DNA of 64,000 nucleotides, from positions 3,651 to 67,650 of the IMG/VR virus record IMGVR_UViG_3300023184_000107; one strand, 5' to 3'. Shown here one piece after another: positions 9,884 to 17,918 of the stretch. The notes below the pieces were generated by a model, which had not been told where the DNA came from, ran no database searches, and worked only from the letters and a program-made list of their open reading frames with translations. Made by a program: the position numbers and the translations under genes. Origin of the DNA: a virus. Numbering within the stretch: the first letter of the stretch is position 1; each line of letters begins with the position of its first letter.

Positions 9884-10009
9884 ATGCGAACACAATTCAC
9901 GGCCAAGGAAGTTACAAAATTTCAGAGCTTTGCAAAGCGTCATGGTATGCGCTTTGCAACAATGGCAGAATATTTAGCAGCAATTGCACAATATTTCAAA
10001 AAAACCTGA
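9884..10009 (+). CDS. 41-aa microprotein (paralog of 9366-9482)
   Basis: MRTQFTAKEVTKFQSFAKRHGMRFATMAEYLAAIAQYFKKT; AAGGGG SD and upstream TATAAT. Confidence 0.65.
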   Translation: MRTQFTAKEVTKFQSFAKRHGMRFATMAEYLAAIAQYFKKT

Positions 10010-10133
10010 TATAATCACTGTATAGCAACAAGGGGTTAAAAATGTTTCTCATGCGGTACTGCTAACGCATATATTCTAGCGGCGGTAAACGGGTAACGAT
10101 AAACCCATTTTTTGGTAAATTTAGGAAAAAATC

Positions 10134-10460
10134 ATGTCTGAAAAAATTGTGAATTATACGCCTGAGCAAACTCTGGCTATGGTGGCTGACTATGTGTCGG
10201 GTGTTTCGGTAGAAACCCTTGCTCAAAATCTAGGCAAGTCTGTTCGTTCTGTTGTAGCTAAACTGAGCCGTGAAAAGGTTTATGTCGCTAAGGTTTATGT
10301 GTCAAAAACTGGTGAAAAGCCTGTGCGTAAGGATGCTCATGCTGACGCTATCGGCGCTGTGCTGAAGCTGACTGAGGCAGAAACCGAAAGCCTGACCAAA
10401 GCCAATAAAACGGCTTTAGAGAAAATTTTTACTGCACTGGCTAACAGTCGGCCTGTTTAG
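10134..10460 (+). CDS. A2: T5 A2-like pre-early DNA-binding protein, copy 1
   Basis: HTH-like SVRSVVAKL..KVY, RKDAH, SLTKANK match recalled T5 A2 pattern; AGGA SD; pre-early position. Confidence 0.7.
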   Translation: MSEKIVNYTPEQTLAMVADYVSGVSVETLAQNLGKSVRSVVAKLSREKVYVAKVYVSKTGEKPVRKDAHADAIGAVLKLTEAETESLTKANKTALEKIFTALANSRPV

Positions 10461-10464
10461 TAAG

Positions 10465-10606
10465 CAATAGGGGTTTACCCCTATTGACAGCGGCCAGGTT
10501 TGGCCGCTGTTTTTTGCCGACCAAAAACTGGTCGCTTCAAGCGACCGCTATCTTTTCGATAGCAGCACTGGCTAGCTATTATAGCACACTGTTCTGCAAA
10601 CAGCAA
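10465..10606 (-). promoter_or_regulatory. palindrome cassette 2 with leftward promoter
   Basis: TAGGGGTTTACCCCTA, GGTCGCTTCAAGCGACC, GCTATCTTTTCGATAGC; TTGCTG-17-TATAAT (10578-10606). Confidence 0.7.
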
Positions 10607-10663
10607 CAAAAATATTTTTTGCTGTTTGCAAAAATACCACACTTTACCCTGTATAATTTACCT

Positions 10664-11014
10664 ATGGACAAAAAAGCACTTCAAAAATATGCCGAGAATT
10701 TATGGCTAGAATACTGCCTGATTTTCCCTAAACTGGTAAAATATGATTGTCCTGATATTATACTAAATAACAGATTCACCAAAACAGCAGGCTGTAGTTA
10801 TCAGGAATTAAATGTGGTGCATATTGCAGCAAAATTTATGCCCAAGCATAAATCAGCTATGCTATCAGTTATATTACCGCATGAATTAGCGCATCAAATA
10901 GACTTTAATCTATATGGTGCATCCGAGAAAAAATGCGGGCATGGCAAATCATGGTGTAAAGTTATGGTAAAAATAGGTTTACCCGCTACACGTTATCACT
11001 CATTAGAAATTTAA
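10664..11014 (+). CDS. SprT-like zinc metalloprotease
   Basis: RFTKTAG, HELAH, HGKSW motifs; likely leaderless start MDKKAL. Confidence 0.8.
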   Translation: MDKKALQKYAENLWLEYCLIFPKLVKYDCPDIILNNRFTKTAGCSYQELNVVHIAAKFMPKHKSAMLSVILPHELAHQIDFNLYGASEKKCGHGKSWCKVMVKIGLPATRYHSLEI

Positions 11015-11236
11015 ATGATTAAATATATAGCATGGTTTGGCACTGTGGTTTCTATTATTGGTGCTTTTTGTGTGGCTTCGCAGATAATACTATCTGGCTA
11101 TATACTATTCTCGCTGGGTTCAATATCCTGGCTAATTGTAGGGTTTTCAAAACGGGATAACGCTCTCTGCGTTTTGAATGGCACTTTTTTTCTTGCTAAC
11201 TTACTGGGATTATATAATGCTGTTTCAACTATTTAA
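11015..11236 (+). CDS. small 3-TM membrane protein
   Basis: Three hydrophobic segments; coupled to upstream stop. Confidence 0.65.
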   Translation: MIKYIAWFGTVVSIIGAFCVASQIILSGYILFSLGSISWLIVGFSKRDNALCVLNGTFFLANLLGLYNAVSTI

Positions 11237-11335
11237 ATTTATATTCTACGTGCCACTGGTTGCAGCCGTGGCTGTATCTACCTATATATTAGAAATAATA
11301 TTAAAATCCCTGATAGGCATAATTGATATATTGGA

Positions 11336-11453
11336 ATAAGGGTTTACCCTTACTACAGCCAGGCTGTGGTAAGAAAACCACGGTCGCTTGAGGCGACCGC
11401 TATCAAAAAGATAGCGGCGCCAAAATTATAGCACACTATAGCGCACTCTGCAA
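11336..11453 (-). promoter_or_regulatory. palindrome cassette 3 with leftward promoter
   Basis: Five consecutive palindromes then TTGCAG-17-TATAAT (11425-11453). Confidence 0.7.
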
Positions 11454-11546
11454 CAAAAATAGTTTTATTTATTTTAGACATTTGTAAAAATACCACACTT
11501 GTTGGCTGTATAATGGGCACTTAGCAGCAATAACAGAAAGCAAAAA

Positions 11547-12008
11547 ATGCCAATTAAACGTATAGCCATATATGATATGGATGGAACAATTGTAGACTCT
11601 AGCCATAGGTATCGCACAATTGATAATAAGATTGATTTAGAATACTGGCGCAATCATCAGCATTTAGCCATGCACGATAAACTGTTGCCGTTAGCCGTTC
11701 AATATCAGTCAGATTTGCAGGATTCAACCTGCTATACCATAATTGCCACCGCTAGAGTTATGAATGAACCAGATTACTGTTTTGTTAATCAGGTACTAGG
11801 CAAACCAGATTATCTTATCTCCCGTAATCAGGGTGACGCTACATCCGGCAGCAAACTCAAAATAGCAGGTTTAGCAAAATTTTTCAATCTTAAAAATTTT
11901 CAAGGCGCAGCAGCAGTATTTTATGAGGATAATACAGCATATCTTAAAGCTGTATGCGATAGGTTTAATATCATGGGGGTTTATATTCCATCTAATCAGG
12001 GACACTAA
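11547..12008 (+). CDS. HAD-superfamily phosphatase (PNK 3'-phosphatase/nucleotidase-like)
   Basis: YDMDGT, TAR, K, YEDN HAD motifs I-IV. Confidence 0.8.
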   Translation: MPIKRIAIYDMDGTIVDSSHRYRTIDNKIDLEYWRNHQHLAMHDKLLPLAVQYQSDLQDSTCYTIIATARVMNEPDYCFVNQVLGKPDYLISRNQGDATSGSKLKIAGLAKFFNLKNFQGAAAVFYEDNTAYLKAVCDRFNIMGVYIPSNQGH

Positions 12009-12051
12009 CCTAAACTGTGCTATAATCCACACTTAACTACAGAAACCCAAA

Positions 12052-12750
12052 ATGTCTAAAAAACAATACTTTGCTATCCTTGATACAGAAACCACCATGC
12101 AGAATACTATTGCAGATTTTGCAATTATTATTGTGGATAGGCAAGGCAAAATCTATAACCAGTGCGCTGTACTGGTTGCAGACCACTATGGCAAATATGA
12201 ATTATTCCATGATAAAAATGCTAATGATATATGGGGTTATGCTGGCCTAAATAAGCGCAAAGCTAATTATGTTGCCATGCTAGATTCTGGTTCACGTATG
12301 CTGGCATCAGTTAATGCAGTTAATCGCTGGATTCAGCAAGCAATTGGCAAATATAATCCCGTACTAACAGCATATAATATTGCATTTGACGCTGACAAAT
12401 GCGAAAAAACTGCAATAGATATATCTGGCTTTTCGTCACAATTTTGTTTATGGCAGGCAGCAGTCGGCAATATCTGCAATACTAAACAATATCGTAATTT
12501 TGTGCTGGAGAATCACAGTTTTAATAAAGTCACAGAGTATGGTAATATGACATTTTCAACTAATGCCGAAACTGTGGCAGGGTTTATTAAGGGTGAATTT
12601 ACACTAGAGCCACATACTGCACTTGAGGATGCCCGAGATTTTGAATTGCCAATACTTACAGAGGTTATTAAGAAACGCAATTGGCGCGAAAAGATAACCC
12701 CTTATAACTGGCGAGAATTTCAGGTCAAAAATCACTTTACCGCAAAATAA
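12052..12750 (+). CDS. DEDDh 3'-5' exonuclease
   Basis: LDTET, AYNIAFD, HTALEDA. Confidence 0.85.
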   Translation: MSKKQYFAILDTETTMQNTIADFAIIIVDRQGKIYNQCAVLVADHYGKYELFHDKNANDIWGYAGLNKRKANYVAMLDSGSRMLASVNAVNRWIQQAIGKYNPVLTAYNIAFDADKCEKTAIDISGFSSQFCLWQAAVGNICNTKQYRNFVLENHSFNKVTEYGNMTFSTNAETVAGFIKGEFTLEPHTALEDARDFELPILTEVIKKRNWREKITPYNWREFQVKNHFTAK

Positions 12751-12790
12751 TAATATAACCCCAGAGGGGGTTATAATATTATAATAGCTG

Positions 12791-12936
12791 GCCGCTATCT
12801 ATTTGATAGCGGCCAGGCTGTGGTAAGAAAACCACGGTCGCTTGAGGCGACCGCTATGCTTTTGATAGCGAGGCGCCAAAAATTATAGCACACTACAGCA
12901 ACCTGGGTCATTGGAAAAAGCTATGGGATCAATAGC
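12791..12936. repeat. palindrome cassette 4
   Basis: 3x GCTAT-n7-ATAGC, GTGGT-n6-ACCAC, GGTCGC-n5-GCGACC, leftward TATAAT (weak -35). Confidence 0.7.
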
Positions 12937-13058
12937 TAAATACAATCAGGTTTTTAATTTTTATCTTGAAAATCTTGCAGAACAGGTATATAATGGATAC
13001 TTAGCAGGCAGTAAAGGGAAACTGTTAAAAATCCCTGATTCTCTTGAAGGAAAATGTG

Positions 13059-13370
13059 ATGACTACCAAAAATGTGAATTATACCCCAGAACAAACTCTG
13101 GCTATGGTTGCTGACTATGTGTCCGGTGTTTCTGTGGAAACCCTTGCACAAACTCTGGGCAAATCAGTACGCTCTGTGGTTGCTAAACTCAGCCGTGAAA
13201 AAGTTTATGTGGCTAAAGTGTACGTTAGCAAGACTGGCGAAAAGCCTGTTCGCAAGGATGCCCATGCGGATGCAATCGGTGCTGTGCTGAAATTGACTGA
13301 GGCAGAAACCGAAAGCCTGACCAAAGCCAATAAAACGGCTTTAGAGAAAATTTTTGTGGCTTTAAGCTAG
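13059..13370 (+). CDS. A2: T5 A2-like protein, copy 2
   Basis: 93/94 core residues identical to copy 1; AAGGA SD. Confidence 0.7.
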   Translation: MTTKNVNYTPEQTLAMVADYVSGVSVETLAQTLGKSVRSVVAKLSREKVYVAKVYVSKTGEKPVRKDAHADAIGAVLKLTEAETESLTKANKTALEKIFVALS

Positions 13371-13429
13371 GATAAAGGGCCTAGGCCCTTTATTGTGGTA
13401 TAATCTTTTTTTAACTAAGGAAACTAAAA

Positions 13430-13732
13430 ATGACTTCTAACTCTAAACTTACAGCCACACAAAAATTTATCTTGCGTGACTGGCTGGACATAGCTATTGA
13501 AGACAATATTCAAGTTGTGAATTTGGACAATGTTACCACAATGGCCTATCGGGATTGTGGGGATAATGTGGAATTTTCTACTGCTGTAATGTCTAGCAAT
13601 GAGAAAAAATTCCGGGCTAAAGTTGGCGAATACCATGCACTAGAGCGCTTTTTTGATGGTAAGCGTGTTATAATGCGGCGCATTGATTTTGTTATCATGT
13701 GCGAAAATGTCTGGGATTTTTGGGCACTTTAA
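13430..13732 (+). CDS. hypothetical protein (related to 33277-33663)
   Basis: AAGGA SD, upstream TATAAT; shared ALE(R/K)FFDG motif. Confidence 0.65.
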   Translation: MTSNSKLTATQKFILRDWLDIAIEDNIQVVNLDNVTTMAYRDCGDNVEFSTAVMSSNEKKFRAKVGEYHALERFFDGKRVIMRRIDFVIMCENVWDFWAL

Positions 13733-13734
13733 GC

Positions 13735-13849
13735 AATAGGGGTTTACCCCTACAACAGCAGCCAGGCTGCTGTTGTGAAAAAACCACGGTCGCTTCAAGC
13801 GACCGTATTTCTTTGTAGGGGTAAACACCTATGTGGTATTTTTGCCACA
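13735..13849. repeat. palindrome cassette 5
   Basis: AGGGGTTTACCCCT, CAGCAGCCAGGCTGCTG, GGTCGCTTCAAGCGACC, TGTGGTATTTTTGCCACA. Confidence 0.7.
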
Positions 13850-13886
13850 AGCTGGTAACTGCTGATTTTACTGATATAATACACCC

Positions 13887-14153
13887 ATGATAGAAATAAT
13901 CGGATGGACTGGTTCAGCACTGTTTGCTCTTTGTGGATTGCCGCAAGCAGTACAGTCCACACGTGAGGGCCATTCACATGGCCTAAGCTGGCTGTTTTTG
14001 CTAATGTGGTTTTGGGGTGAGATTTTTACACTATGCTATGTTTGGCCTAAAATGGATTATCCACTGCTTGCCAACTATTTCGTTAATCTAGTTTTTGTGG
14101 TTATAATCCTGTTCTACAAAATTTTTCCAAGAGCTAAAAATGAAGATGTTTGA
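13887..14153 (+). CDS. PQ-loop / SemiSWEET-family membrane protein
   Basis: IGW.G..LFA.CGLPQ motif, three TM segments. Confidence 0.75.
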   Translation: MIEIIGWTGSALFALCGLPQAVQSTREGHSHGLSWLFLLMWFWGEIFTLCYVWPKMDYPLLANYFVNLVFVVIILFYKIFPRAKNEDV

Positions 14154-14268
14154 AGTTGAATTCTATGGTGCTTTTCCTGCCAGAATTGTATTTGCAGAAA
14201 ATCGTCAAGCCATCTGGCGCAGATGGCCGGGCATAGTCAGGCAAATTCACAGAATCTGTATACTATAA
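14140..14268 (+). CDS. 42-aa hypothetical protein
   Basis: Hand-translated MKMFEVEFYGAFPARIVFAENRQAIWRRWPG...; overlaps upstream stop. Confidence 0.45.
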   Translation: MKMFEVEFYGAFPARIVFAENRQAIWRRWPGIVRQIHRICIL

Positions 14269-14275
14269 AAAAGAT

Positions 14276-14505
14276 AGCAGCCAGACTGCTATCTTTTCGA
14301 TAGCGGTCGCTTGAAGCGACCAGACCGTAATCTCAGTCCTTATATAGCATAAGGACTGGGATTACGGTCTTTGTGGTAAAAAAACCACGGTCGCTTCAAG
14401 CGACCAGTAATCGGGTGTAATCGGGTGTTTTTTTGGGTTTGTGGTAAAAAAACCACGGTCGCTTGAAGCGACCGCTACCAAAAGCATAGCGCATGCGCTA
14501 TGCGC
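14276..14505. repeat. dense palindrome cluster (cassettes 6-8 plus a 22-bp-stem hairpin)
   Basis: GGTCGCTT(C/G)AAGCGACC at 14305, 14389, 14457; hairpin 14322-14370. Confidence 0.8.
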
Positions 14506-14597
14506 CAGTGGTAGGCCTAGTGGCCGCGCCAGTGGTAGGCCTAGTGCTTGTGCCAGTGGTAGGGCTAGTGCTTGCGCCAGTGGTAGGACTAGTGGTA
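14502..14597. repeat. 4 x 24-bp tandem repeat
   Basis: Unit GCGCCAGTGGTAGGCCTAGTGCTT with minor variants at 14502, 14526, 14550, 14574. Confidence 0.85.
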
Positions 14598-14840
14598 GTC
14601 TGACCCTAAGCTGCGGCCAACTGCCTGGAGTCCAAAATTTCGCTAATTTTGAAAATTTTGTGCACACACTGGCAATCGGCAGCTTAGGGTCGGAAGCAGT
14701 TGCGTCAGCTGCGATCCCTGCTGACCACAACTGTGATAGTACTGTCGTCAAAAGCTGCAGCTATACCCATACCACAAAAATTATTTACTTGTAGACTCAG
14801 GCTGATCATGCTATAATAGAGTTACACAAAAGGAGATATA

Positions 14841-15014
14841 ATGCGCTTAACATTTGATGCCTGGATGCAGCAGACGGAGCAACTAGTGGTGGCACGTTGC
14901 GGCTTAGGTGTGGATGACCTACCTGACTGTGACTATAGAAGCTGTTATGATGCAGGTATCACACCTGCTGAAATGGCTGCAGAGGCAGTTGATAATGCAC
15001 GCTATGATTTCTGA
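14841..15014 (+). CDS. 57-aa acidic hypothetical protein
   Basis: MRLTFDAWMQQ...DDLPDCDYRSCYDAGITPAEMA; AGGAG SD; TTGTAG-17-TATAAT promoter. Confidence 0.7.
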   Translation: MRLTFDAWMQQTEQLVVARCGLGVDDLPDCDYRSCYDAGITPAEMAAEAVDNARYDF

Positions 15015-15154
15015 TGGGCCTAGAGGTCTGGTGAAAGAACACCTTAAAATACAGCTATCATCTAATCTTAGGACCACGGCGTGTTCTACCTGAACACAAG
15101 GCCGTGAAATGCAGGTCTAGGGTGTACACATCCTTTCAAAATCCTGCTAGCGCA

Positions 15155-15190
15155 CAAAGCCCACAGCTGTTATGGTTGTGGGCTTTGTTG
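15155..15190. terminator. bidirectional-looking terminator
   Basis: CAAAGCCCACAGC...GTTGTGGGCTTTG hairpin. Confidence 0.6.
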
Positions 15191-15212
15191 TTGTTGGTGG
15201 TGCTGCGCCAAG

Positions 15213-15241
15213 ATTATACAGTGGCCGGCCTAACTTGTCAA
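15213..15241 (-). promoter_or_regulatory. orphan consensus promoter
   Basis: TTGACA-17-TATAAT on minus strand with no ORF downstream. Confidence 0.7.
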
Positions 15242-15341
15242 GTGTCTATTTCTGACCCTAAGCTGCAGCACCTTAACCAAGTGCCAGCGCAAAAAAGCCC
15301 ACAAACTTGTGCAGTTTGTGGGCTTTTGGCATTAATGGCAC

Positions 15342-15680
15342 TTATAGCGGCTTAGGGTCAGATTGTGGGTCTAAACGGCTGCTGATTAAGACTAATACAG
15401 CTTTATTGACCTTTTCCAGACTTTCCAGAAATTCTGAGTTGGTGTCCAGCAGCACGGCGATGCGGTCTATGATGGCTGACTTCTTGACGGGTACATCCCC
15501 TCGCTTTGTAAGGTACTGTTTTTTCTGGTAGACACCCAAACTTGACAGCTTGGCAATTATGCTACGCTCGGGTACTGGCTCGTTGGCTAGCACCGTAAAG
15601 CACATAGCTATGTCTTGCACCGTAGCTCCATCTGCATACATGTCCAGTAATTTTTGTGTTAGTGTTTGATCGTATTTCAT
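15342..15680 (-). CDS. diverged A2-like DNA-binding protein (third paralog)
   Basis: RSIIAKLSSLGVYQKK.Y..K.G..PVKK...LESLEKVNK aligns by eye with the A2-like copies. Confidence 0.65.
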   Translation of the reverse strand: MKYDQTLTQKLLDMYADGATVQDIAMCFTVLANEPVPERSIIAKLSSLGVYQKKQYLTKRGDVPVKKSAIIDRIAVLLDTNSEFLESLEKVNKAVLVLISSRLDPQSDPKPL

Positions 15681-15726
15681 GTTAGTGTTTGACCCTAAGC
15701 TGGATCTGGTGTTGTCTGGATGGCTG

Positions 15727-16482
15727 TTACCAGGGCACATCGCTAGCTGCAGCTACAGCAACTGCCCTGGTAGTCGCAGCCAGCACGTCAGTGTCTATTA
15801 GTGGTGGTGGCATGGTGTCCCAATTATCAGGGTCTAGTACCATACTGTCTGTTCGTACGGCAGGATGTGCACACCATACTTGACTTAGCATGGTTAGTGC
15901 TAGTGCTGGTAGTGTGCCCCACTCTGTGTGCTTGAGACCTGTCAGTGTCCAAGTAGTCATAGCAGGCTTCAACTGCCCTTGCTTAGGGCCACTTTTAGTC
16001 TGCAATCCTAGAGCGCGCAATTCCAGTGTTCTGGCTGCAGTGATCGCTGGTGGTACGCACGTCATGGCTGCTAATAATGGTGCATCTACCACATACTCAA
16101 GTCCAGTACGACTCCACTCGCTGTAACTATAGCCCTGATAGCGCTTGATACCAGCTAGTACTAGTGGAACTAAGGCACAACTATTAACACTGGTCTCAGC
16201 AGTCTGAGTTCTCACTAGGCTACTACGACGCATTTTAGTGCAGACCCTCCATAGTCCCAGTGCCCAATCATTGTCCTTGAATTGCCTGACAAGTGCAACT
16301 GGATCTAACTGACCCTCAGCTGTACGGGTTACTGTTAGACCGCCATAGTATGCTGCAATCTGTGGCAGCATCCAGCTGTTATGTGTGGTTAAGCCCATGG
16401 CAGTTGCCCACTCAGCCAGCTGTTCTGTGTCTAGGCCAGCACACTGTGCAAATGGCCAAGCTGCAATATCATTTTTAGTCAT
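15727..16482 (-). CDS. hypothetical protein
   Basis: 251-aa ORF from MTKNDI; no recognised motif. Confidence 0.65.
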   Translation of the reverse strand: MTKNDIAAWPFAQCAGLDTEQLAEWATAMGLTTHNSWMLPQIAAYYGGLTVTRTAEGQLDPVALVRQFKDNDWALGLWRVCTKMRRSSLVRTQTAETSVNSCALVPLVLAGIKRYQGYSYSEWSRTGLEYVVDAPLLAAMTCVPPAITAARTLELRALGLQTKSGPKQGQLKPAMTTWTLTGLKHTEWGTLPALALTMLSQVWCAHPAVRTDSMVLDPDNWDTMPPPLIDTDVLAATTRAVAVAAASDVPW

Positions 16483-16832
16483 GTAGTGGCCAGCCCGCCT
16501 GTACAAAGTGGGACAGCCGGCTTTAGTAATTGTGTTTGATTTAGTGTCATTTTTAAGCGTGGTTTTACAGAAAAAGTCGGAGTTAGTAGTACTTATTTTG
16601 CCCCGGGCCAGTGATCGCACACAATCTCAGAAATTGCAGCGTCTCACTAAACCTGATGTGGCGGAGCACGATTTAGTGGACTTCCCATTTCTGGATTCTG
16701 TGAATCACTGACGGGACAAATATCCTTAACTGCTTTATATATTAAATTATATCACACTTGCAAAGCAAAAAACAACTGTGTTTTTTGTTAGCCGGTGTAA
16801 ATTTGGCTTTTTTGCTTTAGGGTTAATGAAAT

Positions 16833-17555
16833 TTACACCTCAAATACACACTCCCTATAGTTACAGTTGCGGTTGTAACCATAGGGATTGGCTACACAAC
16901 GTGTTGTGCCTAGTGTTATGTCAGTTGTGGTATGAGTATGTCCAAACAGCCAAGTGGTGTTGTGTAGTGTGCTGATGTAACCGCCAAGGCGATTAGCAAA
17001 GTAGTTGTTGATTAGGTTGTCACCTGCATACTCTGGAGCAATGCACTCTGTAGCTGGTAAAAAGTGTGTGACAATGATGCGAGTGCCTACTGTGGCTGCA
17101 TATGCCTGCTGTATGTAGTCTGCATGTGTGTCATACAGCCGGCTGCATGCAGCGGTATCGAAACCCCTAATGTGTCGGAAGTCATTGATGCCATTAGCTG
17201 CGGCATGTGCAGCAAGGGGGTTGTTAGCAAAGTTAGTCCACAGTGTAGCACCGATAAAGGTCACTGACTGCAGCTGGACCATGCCAGGATTAAGCAGGTG
17301 AATACCAAGATCTCTGGCAACAGTGCCAATAGCACGATCAAACTCTGCAATGCTAGTTCCGTAGTATTCGTGATTGCCTGGTAGATATACAATGTTTTTT
17401 TGTTCTGCATGGAATTTAGCTAGTGCACCGGCAGTTTTGTGGATGCCAGCATGTACGTCGCCGGCTAACACCAACACATCTTCGCCTTGGCTTTGGTAAA
17501 TGCTGGGATTATCGTAGAATTCCAGGTGTAGGTCACTGAGTAGTCGGATTTTCAT
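16833..17555 (-). CDS. calcineurin-like metallophosphoesterase
   Basis: SDLHLE, AGD, GNHE, THF, GHTH. Confidence 0.9.
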   Translation of the reverse strand: MKIRLLSDLHLEFYDNPSIYQSQGEDVLVLAGDVHAGIHKTAGALAKFHAEQKNIVYLPGNHEYYGTSIAEFDRAIGTVARDLGIHLLNPGMVQLQSVTFIGATLWTNFANNPLAAHAAANGINDFRHIRGFDTAACSRLYDTHADYIQQAYAATVGTRIIVTHFLPATECIAPEYAGDNLINNYFANRLGGYISTLHNTTWLFGHTHTTTDITLGTTRCVANPYGYNRNCNYRECVFEV

Positions 17556-17688
17556 TCACAAGCTCCAGTATTAAGGCCATTTTAGCAGCCTGTAGTTTAA
17601 GGTACATGGGGTGTTCACGGCTAAAGCTGTCCACGGCTGCAATAACAGCACCCAGTGCCCGTAGTATATTTTGGTTTTGTTTGTTCAT
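17533..17688 (-). CDS. small hypothetical protein
   Basis: ORF from MNKQNQ within leftward operon. Confidence 0.45.
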   Translation of the reverse strand: MNKQNQNILRALGAVIAAVDSFSREHPMYLKLQAAKMALILELVNENPTTQ

Positions 17689-17759
17689 AACATCAATTAT
17701 AAACCTAAAAGGGTCGGCCCACAAGTACGTTTTTACTGTGGTGCCGACCCCTAGCTGAA

Positions 17760-17918
17760 TTAAGTGCGGGTTACTGCGACACATCGAGCTTCGTGCCACT
17801 CCAGTTTCTGACTGGCACAGGCCTCTCTTTGCCCGTAATTTCTGCCAAACTCAAAGCCTAACAGTAGGCTGAATACAGCTACAGCTAACACAGCTAATAC
17901 TTGATCAGTATTGTTCAT
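17760..17918 (-). CDS. 52-aa membrane-anchored protein
   Basis: Hand-translated MNNTDQVLAVLAVAVFSLLLGFEFG...; coupled to thyX stop. Confidence 0.55.
   Translation of the reverse strand: MNNTDQVLAVLAVAVFSLLLGFEFGRNYGQREACASQKLEWHEARCVAVTRT

Noticed and set aside
14362-14794. ORFs 14362-14751 (-) and 14441-14794 (+)
   Set aside because: Low-complexity translations of the 24-bp tandem repeat and palindromes; no SD.
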